From NCBI GenBank assembly GCA_040954595.2, contig CM082586.2:3105124-3169123 (forward strand): a stretch of DNA of 64,000 bases. Reading direction: 5' to 3'. This document shows positions 1 to 17,348 of this stretch, piece after piece. How positions within the stretch are numbered: the stretch's first letter is position 1; each line of letters begins with the position of its first letter. Both the position numbers and the translations under genes were made by a program. Under the pieces are notes generated by a model. It ran no database searches. It was given only the letters and a program-made list of their open reading frames with translations, and was not told the origin of the DNA. The stretch is from Balanoglossus misakiensis. Its lineage: Eukaryota; Animalia; Hemichordata.

Positions 1-355
1 AACGGTTTGCGGCGATGAAGGCAGACAGCCACAGGGATGTGCTCAACAGCAACGGATGCAGAAGGTTGTGCAGGATACATAGGGTGTGGCCAAAACGCCA
101 ACCGCCGTTCAAGAAAGCGTCGACGCTCGGCACGGAGACAAGTGCGGCAGCAAGTATATCGGTCACGCTAAGATTTACAAGATACACGAACGCCGAGGTC
201 CGCAGTTTTTTCTTCATGAGGAAAGTCAGAATGAAAAGCAAGTTACCGAGGATGGCAAGTACTGCGAATATTACCTCAATCGACGCCGAGAACAATACTA
301 CCCCTCGCGTCGGAAACTTCATTGTAGATGAGAGATTACCCGCAATTTGAGCCAT
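1..355 (-). CDS. Class A (rhodopsin-like) GPCR, N-terminal part (TM1-TM3), runs off the window edge; melatonin receptor/GPR84/Tre1-like
   Basis: Manual translation from ATG 355: MAQIAGNLSS...FAVLAILGNLLFILTFLMKKKLRTSAFVYLVNLSVTDILAA...GGWRFGHTLC...SLWLSAFIAANR. It shows TM1 GN, TM2 NLSxxD, ECL1 WxFGxxxC, and NR at the DRY position. It is absent from the ORF track because it has no stop inside the window. Confidence 0.9.
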   Translation of the reverse strand, partial: MAQIAGNLSSTMKFPTRGVVLFSASIEVIFAVLAILGNLLFILTFLMKKKLRTSAFVYLVNLSVTDILAAALVSVPSVDAFLNGGWRFGHTLCILHNLLHPLLLSTSLWLSAFIAANR

Positions 356-3353
356 GTTGGTGAAACTCCCGTTTGTTACTATATTTCGCTGGTCGTTATT
401 TGCGGCGATGCGTGACTCTGAGAGATTCCGTATATTATGAACATTTGCAAAAAAAACCTGCATAATGTTTAAGGTGGTCGTGACAAAGGCGACGTGAGGT
501 TCTTTGAGACGACCAATGGCAAACAGTCGCTTCATGTAAATTTAGGTCAACGCCCAAAATTGGACAAATCACTCAACCTGGAGTCACGTTGTTCCTAATT
601 TTTGCGTCAAAGTGACGTGAATTACAACAAATCACAATAAAAGTTGACTGTCTGTCTGACTGACTGCAATACGCATAACATTACCACTGACACAAACCGG
701 GTGCAGCACACAACCAATAAGAACATCTCTTTCACATTTGAAGAAAGCGTCAAACACCAACAGACTGCCCCTTTCGCATTGGATTTCACTCGACTGTACA
801 TTCTAAGGGACAACTCCATGGGTGATGGCGAACATCCTATCGTTGTCTACAGGCAAACACCAACGTGTGATGAAAAGATAAAACAATCGATCATGTATTT
901 GTAGAAGTGGCATGTCTGTACACACACTAGCAAGTAGAGAGCAAACCTCTATGAAATTTGTCGTTTGATAAAGTTAGCGTATCTCGCAGGGTCTCGTGCA
1001 GTTCGGAAACTGGTCTATCGAAGGATTACGTTTCGTCTTTAATATTGTATCATTGTATACAGTCGATATTTCTGTATAAGTTTTGAGAAAGGGGGTATTT
1101 TTTTTAAAATCCGGCTTATGTATTTTTGATGAGAATATGGAATCCCGAAATTAATTTAGACTAAATCCGGACGGGGTCTTTCTACAGATTTGGAGAGCTT
1201 ATCCAACACATTGGGAGTAATGAGGGGTTGTACGTATGCCAAGGGTAAAAGGAACACGTTTACTCCATTTCGTTATGTAGGATAAACGGCAAGCCAGGTA
1301 TTAATATTTGCTGGGATACACAACTAAGCAGGGAGAATAATCTAGCCCAAATAAAAGGCATGTATTAAAGCCTCTTATTAAAAACTCTAACCCTTGGCTA
1401 TTTTTTCATTATTTTCTCCCATGTATCAACTCTGGTTTCTTGTTCTACTCTCACTGGATAGTTTGGAGAAAGGTAGTTTTAAAGGCCGCGACCGTCTTTG
1501 CGCATGAGAAAGGGAAGCGTCTTAGTGTGGAAGTTATATTTCTAGATGCCGCGTTTTTGGTGCACCAGCGGGAAAAACACGGTTAGATTCGAATGGAAAA
1601 AAATCAAGGAAAGGAAGAAGATGGCAGATTATTCCGAAGGGCCTGTTTGAAGAGACGGCTCGTCGAAAAAGAGAATCTCAAAGAAAGTTCAAAGAAAAGC
1701 GTTCTCCGTATTGAAAATTACTCACGACGTCTATTTCTATATTTTATAAGTATTAAATTACACATCTATCTGTCAATGCTCACAGAGCACGATATGGATA
1801 TTATTTGTGTCCACATTAATGATAATTGGGTGGTGGGCTTTGAATGTTACAGATTGCCTACAGCTATTATCAGTGGAAAATTACCCTAGCCAATACTATC
1901 AACAGCGCTACGATCTATACACGTTGGTATATGGTACATAATAAATGACCCAATCGTTGACCTTCAATTATTTTATGCCGAGGATGCTTTAATCGCGTAG
2001 GTAATACCTGTCGGCGTTACTGTGACGAGGAAATCACTGATTGCCTTGTGGAGTGTACAGCAGTCACAATGAGAGGTTGGCACAAGCGGCGAGGTTTTCC
2101 GTAAGGGTTACATTTGAAAATAGGGGGATAGGCTTTACTGATGCCGAACAATTATCTGTCGTGGAATATTGTGACCATGGCAACTGTAGCGAATTTTCAG
2201 CATGGCAGATGCAAAGCAAAATTTATCGAGTTTTGAAACATAACATACTGGCTAGTTTTTTCCTTTTTGTTACAATTTGGGCAACTGTTTTGGTCATGCT
2301 TATTAAAAATGAAGATCACATGTACAATATAACTGGATATTATTGAAGTTCAAAGAGAAACTGTATAAATAATTCACACTCAGTTTATAAAAGTAACCAA
2401 CTTTTTATTTGTTGATCGTTTACTCGTCAGCAAACTAATCATGCACCAACATAATTTTTCCGTTTTGCAAGTGGCCTGTTTCATGTTGCTATGACAACTG
2501 GGAGGCATGGTGAACGAAACCAACAGCCAGGGGACATGACATGTTCAACCTTGAAAGTCTAACCTTTGAGAACGTGACATATACAGTATAGACCTTTTCA
2601 GCAACTCTAACTGGCTGCGACATTTTTGTCAGATTTTCCCTTCATTAGTGGGTGGCTGGACAATATGAAAACGACAAGATGGCAGTATAATAATCCCGAT
2701 GTTTAGCTCATTGACCGTGGGACATGACTCGCATGTCTCTGGCACGTGAGGTTGTTGACATCGTAGTCGACTGAGTACCCGTGCGAGGTTAAAAACGCGC
2801 CGACACTGTACCCCTCCCCTCCCCTAATCGGAAGACTTCTACTGAGCAAAATAACTCACAGCAATTTAATACATACACATAATACAGCATATTTAAAGAA
2901 ATTAAGATTTCACAACACAAAATATGCCAAATAGTACATGTACAAACATGGCCCAATCTAACAAGCACTGTCAATAAATTCTCTTATTGCGTGACAACTA
3001 CTTCAAGTTCAAGGTCAGTGAAAAAGTCTTAGCATGTAATGACATCATTTGGATGTTGTTTTTTTCAAAGCTGCTGGTGTCCATATTGAAAAAGAACCTG
3101 CATCTTACTCACTGACCAAATATTCCCATCGCACGAGGGACCACAAGTATACTGATGGCAGACAAAAATATTTCAACCCCAGAAGGCTAGATATTTAATA
3201 ATTAAAGGGGTTATATACCAAAGACTTTTATTAGCATCCCACATTTTCTGTGAAGGATTGAATGCGCTGACGTCAGCATCCTTCACACAAAATTGTTCAC
3301 AAGAATATTTCAACCTCGGAATGATAAGACTAGACGTTTCATAATTAATAGGG

Positions 3354-8891
<5,538 letters not shown>

Positions 8892-9281
8892 CTTGGCGAT
8901 CGTGGGAGAAAATATCGCTCGAAAGACTACGAGTGACTCGACTTCAGCAATGTGAAGAGATGTGCTAATTTCGCGCCAGTTCAGTCACATGGTATCCTTG
9001 TCATTTAAACCGTCTGACACCTTCAGGTCATGACCTTTGCTTTTCGTATAATTCGTAAAAATTGTGTTATGATATCATTTTTGACGTGTTTTTTGCTATT
9101 TTTAATGTAAATTTACGTTTTATCAGAATATTTTAGATTTTATATGCGTTAAACTTGTTTGTCAGTGTCGCCTTATTTTCCCATCAGGCATTGCAAGCAA
9201 AAGATGGCCGCCCCCGTGCACTATGCGACAGTGGTAAATATGTAAACAAATCGCCTTGTTCAGTTGCAATTAAGGTACAGA
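8892..9281. promoter_or_regulatory. Bidirectional promoter region MCM3/TSEN34 with an E2F site and a YY1-like motif
   Basis: Divergent start codons are about 390 bp apart. TTTCGCGCC (E2F consensus) at 8969-8977 lies next to MCM3, a known E2F target. AAGATGGCCGCC (YY1-like) is at 9201-9212. Confidence 0.7.
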
Positions 9282-12200
9282 ATGGCTGCAGACGAAAAAT
9301 GTACTGCATACGAGCCGATCTTATTGCATTATACTCATGGAAAGATCTATTCGTGGGACGCTGAAGGTAATGTATCCCTACAGCATTGTACAGATAAGGA
9401 TCTTCGTGCAGCAACACTGTTGTCTTGTTGCAGATCCCTGGCCCCGCCCCCTCACTGGGCCTGTAGCTGGGAGCTTGGGGTGTGAGAAATATAGAGATGA
9501 CACAGTGGTCCTCACACGATAGAGCTTCTATGGGATGTGATCACAAGGGGATTCTTCCAGGCTGGCAACTGTTTGACTGTTACAGGGTCAGGGGTGTCTA
9601 GAGTGACACTGGAGACGCCCTTCATTATAACCCCAGGAGAATTCCCTCAAAGCACATCATCTCACATCTTGTAGTAACAGTACATGTATTGGCCTTGTTT
9701 TCTTGTTCAGATGTGACTAAACTGCGGGAGACTCACCACATCATGGGTGCTTTGGTCGGTAGTTTAGTGAGATCACCTAGACAGAACTTACAACATGGCT
9801 TACCTTTGCAGCTACTACCAGAGGAGGCTGCTGTACTTCTCGAGTATGGTAAGGTGGAATATGTCTGTAGTAACCTTGTAATTACACGGTAAATGCCACG
9901 AACTTAGAAGAAGAAAACAAATGTTTCCTCATCAAAGAATTAGTGTGAATGGTTTGACTGTCGTGAAGGTCTTGATAACATTTTTTTTTTTTTGCATCCA
10001 CTACTTTCAGAAGTGGCAAAGTTGGTGAAGTTGAAACCATTGAAAGTGACACCAGAAATCAGAAAAGATTTCAATGACCACAGACAGAAGACATTTGAAG
10101 AACAGGTTGGTATTTGGGAAAGGAGTACATGAAAGGCTGTCGTCCTGTTGACCTATGAAACCCTTTTTGTCAGGCTGGTCATGGCTACCCTTTTCACCAC
10201 CATGGTTTGGTCCAAGTCCATTGTTTTCTATGGTAAAGTTGGATCTCAATTCTTTCACAGAAAGTCATCATGGAGGCGGAGAGAGAAGAGAGACTGCGAC
10301 AGATAGCCGATGTGATCGACGCCGGTCGAGCAGCGAAGAAGAGGAAACTGGAAGAGAAAGGTGATGGCATGGAAGTAAAGCAGGAAGGCTTTGCTGTGAA
10401 AGCCCAGAAACTGGCATCAGAGGATGTAGAGGAAACCGTGCTGGATCTTTCCATCGGCAAGGCGGTGACCATGGAGACAGGAACACTGTCTGTTTTAGAT
10501 TCAGCGACAGGGGATGTTCCAGAAGATGAGGCAGGAGAACAAACAGCAGGCAATGTTCTTGATTTGACAAAACAATGTCACAGATCCCATGAGAAAGTGA
10601 CTTTGGGAACAAGTTCAAAGGACAAGGGCAAGGACTTAATGCTGAAGGAAGGCGGGGTGGAAAGCCAGGAAGTTATCAGATTAATTGAAAATGTTGAGAA
10701 ATCAAGAGAAGAAGATGCAAAAGACAGTGGCTCATTGATTAGTGGGGAGGATACGAGTGCATGTACGAGTAGCTTCAAAGGACTCGGCACTGCAGCCGAG
10801 GAGATGACATCATCGAGAAACACCAGCAGACAGGGTGGTGAAAAGTCTGCTGACATGCCTCTGGGAAAGGAGGAGATGCTGGGTGAATCCCTCCCTGGAG
10901 GCCCACCCTCCCCTCCGAGAGTTGTTGCTGAAAAAGGCAAAGAGAAGAAACAGCCCGAGCATTTCAATTTGCAAGCTTGCTTGGTGCAAATACCAACAGG
11001 TCAGTGGAAAGCAGCCCTCTGGATTACGATACTAATTTGAGGGGATGACATTTTGCCCACCCCACACCCACAGACAGAGAGAGAGAGAGACACACACACA
11101 CACACACACACAAATGATTTCAAAAGTTTTCATCAGAAGGAAACTCAGTATGATTGTTCTGTACACGGTCTTCAGTACAACTGACCTATTCCGTTCCATT
11201 CCCACAGTAAGTCCATACTCCAGCTACGAAGAAATGACATCCTGGAATTTTCCAAGCAGTGACCATGAACAACTGCGTTTCCGTGTTTTCAAATATTTCT
11301 GGGAAAAGGGATACTATCTGACAACTGGTGGAAAGTTTGGCGGCGATTTTTTGGTCTATCCAGGTCAGTAAAATCTTTTGAATTTTGAATGAACTGCCTT
11401 TTGTCTATTGACTTCATAAGATGTGTGAAAGGTTAGATCAGTTTGTTGGTCAGAAATTATGAAAACCTGCAATCAGTGATAAATATGATGTAGGGCAAGC
11501 TTTAACCCTTTCACCCCCAGTTCACTCAACAGAGGTTCAACTTTACCACAGAAAACAATGGATTTGGACCAAACCATTGTTGTAAAAGGGTTAAAGAGGG
11601 TAATCTGATGGGAAAAAAAATTTCTCGTTGTGTGGTTTTAAAACGGGGGTCACTCCACATTCACAGCTCGTGTAATTGTCTTCTGACATTTCGATAAGTG
11701 ACCACAAAAATGGCTTGGTCTCTTTGACAACAAAGTTACTTGATATAGATTTAGCAGTAATTTACTGTCCTGAGTTATGCATATTTTGGTGCCTAGGGTT
11801 GAGCAGTGGAAGGCCCCGACCTTTGTGGGTCATTCTGCTGCTCGGCCGACAGTGCCAAAGTACACCTATCAGGGCTGTGAAGGTTTTGTCATACCTTAAA
11901 ATGATTTGAGACGACATTTTGCGAAGTTGTGACAAAAGGCACAGGGGGGTAGTGTTGGAATTTGATTATCGTTTGATTCAACTGTTCAGAAAAATCAGAG
12001 CAGAATCCCCCATCAAAATGTTGCTATAAGAGAGGTATTTGTTAAATCTCGCTAGTTGAGAAATAGTTGGCAACCTGAGAATTGTGACAGAAAAAAACAC
12101 CCACACATAATTATGTTTCAACTCAGGTCAGTGACCTCTAATATCATATGAATAAAATACTTGTACACGCATAAAATGAATACAGTGAGAATACATCTCT

Positions 12201-15200
12201 GTCAGTACATTAATTTGGGTGAAGACAGGTTGTGAATTCAAAATCGAGAAGTGTCCATGATGATGCAGTGGGTTCTGGCCATTGATGAGTCAGCGATTTT
12301 CTGGGGGAAGATTTACTGCAGCTGGTTAAAGTGCATGAGATCCAGACATGCCTGTGCAGATGTTGACACATAGTTACAGGAAAATGGCCATGACATTGAA
12401 GTATGTTGTTTGTTCATGGTTCAGTTGCTATACTCCATAAATCACAGCTATCTGTGATGCAGCACTTGCAAATAACAAAATTCACTCAACCTGTCAAATT
12501 TACCCAGTCAGTTATCCTTCACCTACGCTAAGAAAATTTTTTTTTTGTAACACATCGTTAATATTCAAATAATGCATATGAATAGCAAAAACACCTCTCA
12601 TCAACCCAATATCAAAACACTTTCAAACCTTCCCTCCAAGTATTTTGGCAAAATGGGGTAAAAATAATGTTTATAAAGCTCTGAAAATATGTGTTGTTTG
12701 ATCACTAAATAATAGTTATGTACATGATTGGGTTCCCCTGTATCTTTAAGAAAAAAATACATTTTTTGGGGTGTAGGACTTTAAGGATTAACAGAAAATT
12801 ACAATTCCTAAAAGCATCTGATTTGTAGGTTATATCCCCCAGTTTTCCAAAAATATATACATAGAGATTATCAGTGTCCACGCCAAGTCTTAGTAAGTGT
12901 TTCTGTATTTCAAAGCTGTTATTTCCTGTGGTTTCCTATCAAGGAACCATCACTGTACACACATTAGTGAGTATTGGCAAGTCTGCACTGTCAGTTATTC
13001 CACAAATATTTTGATGCTGTGGTTGTCTGTGTCAGCAACTAATATTTTGTGGGGTGTGCCATCGGTCACTACTATTCCTCTTGGTTTGGATAAGTTGTCT
13101 TCTTCTTTACTTATAAGGCAGATAAACTGACCTCTGCTGTTGAATTTCTTGATGGCGTTATTCCAATCACTTATGTAGAGACATTTGTCTTTGCTTATGG
13201 CGATTCCAGTTGGATTTTTGAACTGGCCATCACCGACACCAAATGAGCCAAATGCATGAGAGAATGTGTCGTCTGCATTGAATACCTGAACACGGTGATT
13301 GTTGAAATCAGTGACATACAAGGTGCCCCGATCATCCAAAGCCATAAAGTATGGGGCATGAAGTTTGCCTTCTTCAGTGCCAAAGCCACCAATTGATGTG
13401 ATGTATTTTCCATCTTGTGTGTATTTCCTTATGCAGTGCCCATCCTTGTCTGTTTCATCACCAATATTTCCATCCCAGTCAGTCACATAGACATTGCCAT
13501 CAAGAGGGTTAATGGCAATTCCAAGTGGATTCTTCAGCTCATCTTGACCAAAGCATCTCAACACTTTTCCGTCCTCGTCACTGACAACAACCTGATTGTT
13601 ACCTCTGTCTGTCATGAAGTAGTCATTTGTACTGGATATGGAAATTCCCCATGGTTGAAACTCTTTCTTAAACTTTGTGAACTTCAGGACTTTCTTGCAT
13701 TTACCATCCAAGTCAACAACTTTTACTCTATTGTTGAAACTGTCAGCAATCACCAAATCTCCATGTTGATTTAAAGCAAGATCTCGGGGGGTGTTAAACT
13801 GCCCTTCATTCTCCCCCTTGCTGCCAATACTTCTTTCCAACCCTGTCATAGCCAAGATCCCAAATGGTGACCCTGGTATTTCTTGATCACCAATCACCAA
13901 GACAACCTTGTGTTTGCCTTCAAGATGTCCATGTATCACCACACTGTGAGTCCCATTTCTGTTGTCCTTTACTTCGACGTCTTCCGTGGTACCGTCTGGT
14001 CGGTGTAACTTGACTTTCACTTCTTGGATGGGCAGGACTGTATCTCCAAGCCTATCCTTTGTTGTGATCAGCAGATCTACAGAGCTGCCTTTCATGATGC
14101 GTGGTGGGACCGTGCTCACTGTACACTGAGACACGCACACATCGCATCTCACCTCACCAAGCTGACGAGACGCTGTGAAATCTTCACAGCCAGGTTGCAG
14201 GAGTGTGACCTTGTCGTCTAAGATCTCTGGATTAGTTTCTAGCTGATCCACCTCCTCTAGATGTTTCAGGATTTCTTCCCTGGTGCGGATCAGCTGACAG
14301 GCATTCTTATGACGTTTCAGGGTTTCTACGCATTTACATGCACTGATGATGTTGTTGTATTTGGCCTCGAGGTCGTCTATCTGACTTTTCAGAACCACCT
14401 TTCTCTTCTGACGTTCACCTTTCATCTGTTCTACCAGAAAGTCAGCTTCTGTCTTCACTGTAGCTGTGATAGCATCAACTATAGACTTGATTTTGCCCTC
14501 ATCTACGGTCTGCTGCTCATCATAGCTGTCAGTAATCTTCTTAGCAATGTCTTTATTCTTTTCTGTTTCATCTGCTTTTCTCTTCAAAATATCCACCATT
14601 TCTGACAGCTTATCCGTGTATTCATCCACTACTACGTGCAGATATCTGTGATTGTGTTCCGGGCTGCGATGGTCTATAATAGTGCATTCCATGCAGATAG
14701 GAATCTGACAGGTGTCACAATAATAGCTGACCTCATTTCTTGGGTGAACTTTGCATCGTTCAGTTGTTTGGACTGTCGATGACTTGGTCAGCTTTGGATC
14801 GGTGTACTCCTCTATCGTGTAGACATTATGGGAGGCGGATACTTTCAGTTTGCTGTGCACTTTGTTGGTACACTTCTCACAGAAATACTGCTGACAATCC
14901 ATACAAAAATGGGTTGAATCGACTTTTTCACAAAACTCGCATTCATTTACTCTTTCAGCTTTGATGTTTTTCTTCAGTGGAACCACATCCAGGAGGGAAT
15001 TTACGAAAAAGTTTGTTTCCAGTTGGGTTACCCCTTCATCAGGAAGTTTACACAGTGAACTACAAGTCGGGCAGATCAGATCAGTTTTCTTATCAACCAG
15101 TGCAAGCAGACACTGCTCACAAAATGAGTGCTGACATGGCAGAAGTTTAGGCGTCTTGTAGAAGTCGAGACAAATGGAACAAGTCAAGAAATCCTCACCA

Positions 15201-16644
15201 ATTTCTTGTAGGACCTCCTCCGCCTTTTTGACCGGTGCGGCTGCCATTTCTATATCAGTGGTATGCTGTGGTTGTGTGTATTCAGAATTTATCAGCCCAC
15301 TTTGGAAGACCCCCTAGGATCAGACTAAATTTTTAGTTGGATTCCTTTTGATATTTAACATTTCTATTTATATTCAAATGAAAATATCATTCTGGTTTTG
15401 TGTGATCTAAAGATGATATTCTGTGCACATATTAATGGTTTCATCCTGCATATTTTCTTGTGTTGTTGGAATTTGTTTTAATGTGAATCTTGGACACTAG
15501 TAAATACATATACACATAGCTGGTCAAGCCTAGTCCAGTGAGTCATCTCAGGACAATCAGCTCGTGTGACATTTACAACTTAGACAATAAAAAACTAGTT
15601 ACATATTAAAAGCTTTTACCAAGAAGCAGTAGAAATAACAAGAAATCAACATTTTTCCCCCACTACTCTGTATTTGCACAAATTGCCCAAACTTTGCTGT
15701 TTGCATTCTTGATGTGTGTTTTATCAGCAGCTGTGTTTTGTTGAAAGTGAAAGTGAAACTGAAGTGACACTTTTGGCGTTGATGTCACACTTATTTTAAC
15801 TCCGGGACTTTTCACAGACATCAGTGTAGCTTGGTGATATTGTTGGCAGTGGTTGGGAAACCCCCTTTCCAGTCCCTCTGAAATACAATATGTCATTTGC
15901 GTGTATCAAAATTTTGTACTCTGACCAAACACATACTGAAAATTGCTGACAATTGACCTAATTCATCTCAATTATACGTACTGCCAGTGTGTGACAATTG
16001 AACAAGTCACACTTTTATTGTTCAATGTGTTCCATTTGTGGTTGTAGACACCTATGTATAAAACTCCAGCATGCCATGCAATGTGTAGTCTGCTTAGGAC
16101 AACCACTATCAAATCAATGTATAACTGGAGACAACATTATTTCTATGTGTTAGTCCTTATTGTGATGGTGCTTAGCTTAAAACAATCACATGTGTGTGAA
16201 TATTTATGATTTCTATCTGCTGGTGTAACTTTCAATTTAATAACTTCTTAACCCTTTCACTACTGTGGTTCAGTCTAAATGTACTGTTTTCTATGGAATG
16301 GTTGAACCTCTATAGAGGAAACTGGGGGTGAAAGGCTTTAACTGAAAGTTGAGAAAAATATTAAAAAGAATCAAGTGTCCTAGTGGACATGCGTCTTGGT
16401 TACAATACAATGAAACATTCCATAACGACTTTTATTCTTTCCTTTTGATTTTCCAGGTGATCCTTTCCTCTTCCATTCATTTTATGTGGCAGTTTGTCTT
16501 CCATACACCAAGCGACTGAATGCGCTGGATGTGGTGTCTTACGGAAGATTGGCATCCAACGTGAAGAAGACAATCTTGCTGTGTTCTCTTAACGAAGATG
16601 ATGAAGTCGTGCACACGTCAGTGCAATGGACAGGAATAAACTGA
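9282..16644 (+). CDS. TSEN34: tRNA-splicing endonuclease subunit Sen34 (6 coding exons, ~466 aa)
   Basis: Exons 9282-9366, 9711-9848, 10011-10105, 10261-10999, 11208-11363 and 16457-16644 join in frame. Motifs include [58 protein letters not shown] and GRLASNVKKT, carrying the catalytic Tyr/His/Lys. Confidence 0.93.
10186..10248. mobile_element. Partial copy of the ~85 bp TTAA MITE family
   Basis: ACCCTTTTCACCACCATGGTTTGGTCCAAGTCCATTGTTTTCTATGGTAAAGTTGGATCTC is the reverse-orientation homolog of the copy at 11502-11594. Confidence 0.65.
11075..11111. repeat. Compound (GA)n(CA)n microsatellite
   Basis: Directly visible in TSEN34 intron 4. Confidence 0.9.
11502..11594. mobile_element. ~85 bp piggyBac-type MITE with TTAA target-site duplication
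   Basis: TTAA-CCCTTTCACC...TGTAAAAGGG-TTAA, with three further homologs in the window. Confidence 0.75.
12995..15247 (-). CDS. TRIM-NHL E3 ubiquitin ligase (RING, 2 B-boxes, coiled coil, filamin repeat, NHL propeller; TRIM2/3/71-like), single coding exon, nested in the last TSEN34 intron
   Basis: 750 aa ORF with CSICLDFYKTPKLLPCQHSFCEQCL...CPTC (RING), CEFC..FCMDC..C...H (B-box 1), CKVH..YCDTC..ICMEC..DH (B-box 2), VKDNRNGTHSV...IPGSPF (filamin), and repeated GQFNTPRDLA / FKNPTGIAI / ADSFNNRV units (NHL). Confidence 0.95.
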   Translation of the reverse strand: MAAAPVKKAEEVLQEIGEDFLTCSICLDFYKTPKLLPCQHSFCEQCLLALVDKKTDLICPTCSSLCKLPDEGVTQLETNFFVNSLLDVVPLKKNIKAERVNECEFCEKVDSTHFCMDCQQYFCEKCTNKVHSKLKVSASHNVYTIEEYTDPKLTKSSTVQTTERCKVHPRNEVSYYCDTCQIPICMECTIIDHRSPEHNHRYLHVVVDEYTDKLSEMVDILKRKADETEKNKDIAKKITDSYDEQQTVDEGKIKSIVDAITATVKTEADFLVEQMKGERQKRKVVLKSQIDDLEAKYNNIISACKCVETLKRHKNACQLIRTREEILKHLEEVDQLETNPEILDDKVTLLQPGCEDFTASRQLGEVRCDVCVSQCTVSTVPPRIMKGSSVDLLITTKDRLGDTVLPIQEVKVKLHRPDGTTEDVEVKDNRNGTHSVVIHGHLEGKHKVVLVIGDQEIPGSPFGILAMTGLERSIGSKGENEGQFNTPRDLALNQHGDLVIADSFNNRVKVVDLDGKCKKVLKFTKFKKEFQPWGISISSTNDYFMTDRGNNQVVVSDEDGKVLRCFGQDELKNPLGIAINPLDGNVYVTDWDGNIGDETDKDGHCIRKYTQDGKYITSIGGFGTEEGKLHAPYFMALDDRGTLYVTDFNNHRVQVFNADDTFSHAFGSFGVGDGQFKNPTGIAISKDKCLYISDWNNAIKKFNSRGQFICLISKEEDNLSKPRGIVVTDGTPHKILVADTDNHSIKIFVE
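15539..15864 (-). promoter_or_regulatory. Putative immune-inducible promoter/enhancer of the nested TRIM gene (AP-1, ISRE/IRF, CRE-like, two NF-kB sites)
   Basis: TGAGTCA 15539-15545; GAAAGTGAAAGTGAAACT 15743-15760; TGATGTCA 15780-15787; GGGACTTTTC 15804-15813; GGGAAACCCC 15855-15864. Confidence 0.6.
16248..16341. mobile_element. ~85 bp piggyBac-type MITE copy
   Basis: TTAA-CCCTTTCAC...GGGGGTGAAAGGC-TTTAA; the internal sequence is homologous, in reverse orientation, to 11502-11594. Confidence 0.7.
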
Positions 16645-16789
16645 CATTTCAAACCAATAATTTGTTATCTGTCATCATGCACAAAAATGTATGCGACAAA
16701 GCTGATCAAATAAACATTAATAGTTATTATCCGTACTACACAAATAAGACCAAATTTTGAGCAAAGTTTCAGTTAATCTTTTATTTCCG

Positions 16790-16877
16790 CCACCGGAGGG
16801 CGCTTTCTATGGGTGCGCGTCAGAACTCTCCCATGGTGCATTTCTCGGTGGAATGTTGAGGCGGTTACCAAGGGAAC
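16790..16877. promoter_or_regulatory. CTCF-like motif and X-box (RFX)-like motif between the TSEN34 3' end and the next gene
   Basis: CCACCGGAGGGCGC at 16790-16803 and GTTACCAAGGGAAC at 16864-16877. The TSEN34 AATAAA is at about 16709. Confidence 0.45.
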
Positions 16878-17348
16878 AATAAATAGAACATTGTCTACTG
16901 CATTTACGCGTCATAAATTCTGTGATAACGGCCAAGTTCGGATCGCTTAGCATCTTTTCATCGAATCCCATCGCACAAAACTTGATCTAAAGTCGTACTA
17001 TCTGGAAGGCAGTCACAGTACCCAGTCCAGTCAACCAAAAAGTCGGTAAATATTGTCGAAGTTTTCTTCATTATAATATTGGTCACCGAGGTTATTTTAG
17101 AAAGTGTCTTGTTCCACGGAAAATTCAACGTTTCTTTGAGATTCTAGAATCAGAATTATCTTCCACATGTATTTTCCCGGTAAACTTTGGGGGAAACTAC
17201 ACAAAATAACGACAAAATAATCAAATTCTCGCCCTCCCTCTCTCTTAACTTCTCTCTTTCTCTTTCTTTCTGCCTCTCTCTCTCATCCTTTCTCTTTTTG
17301 CCTCAGACAGACAACGCCCACCTGTCCTTATACTAAACAAAAACGGCG

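Noticed and set aside
15-350. Plus-strand ORFs of 111 and 81 aa
   Set aside because: These are antisense shadows of the minus-strand GPCR coding sequence.
2485-2498. Near-perfect X-box GTTGCTATGACAAC
   Set aside because: It lies in or near the MCM3 3' UTR, away from any identified start site, and similar CATGGCAAC words are scattered through the window.
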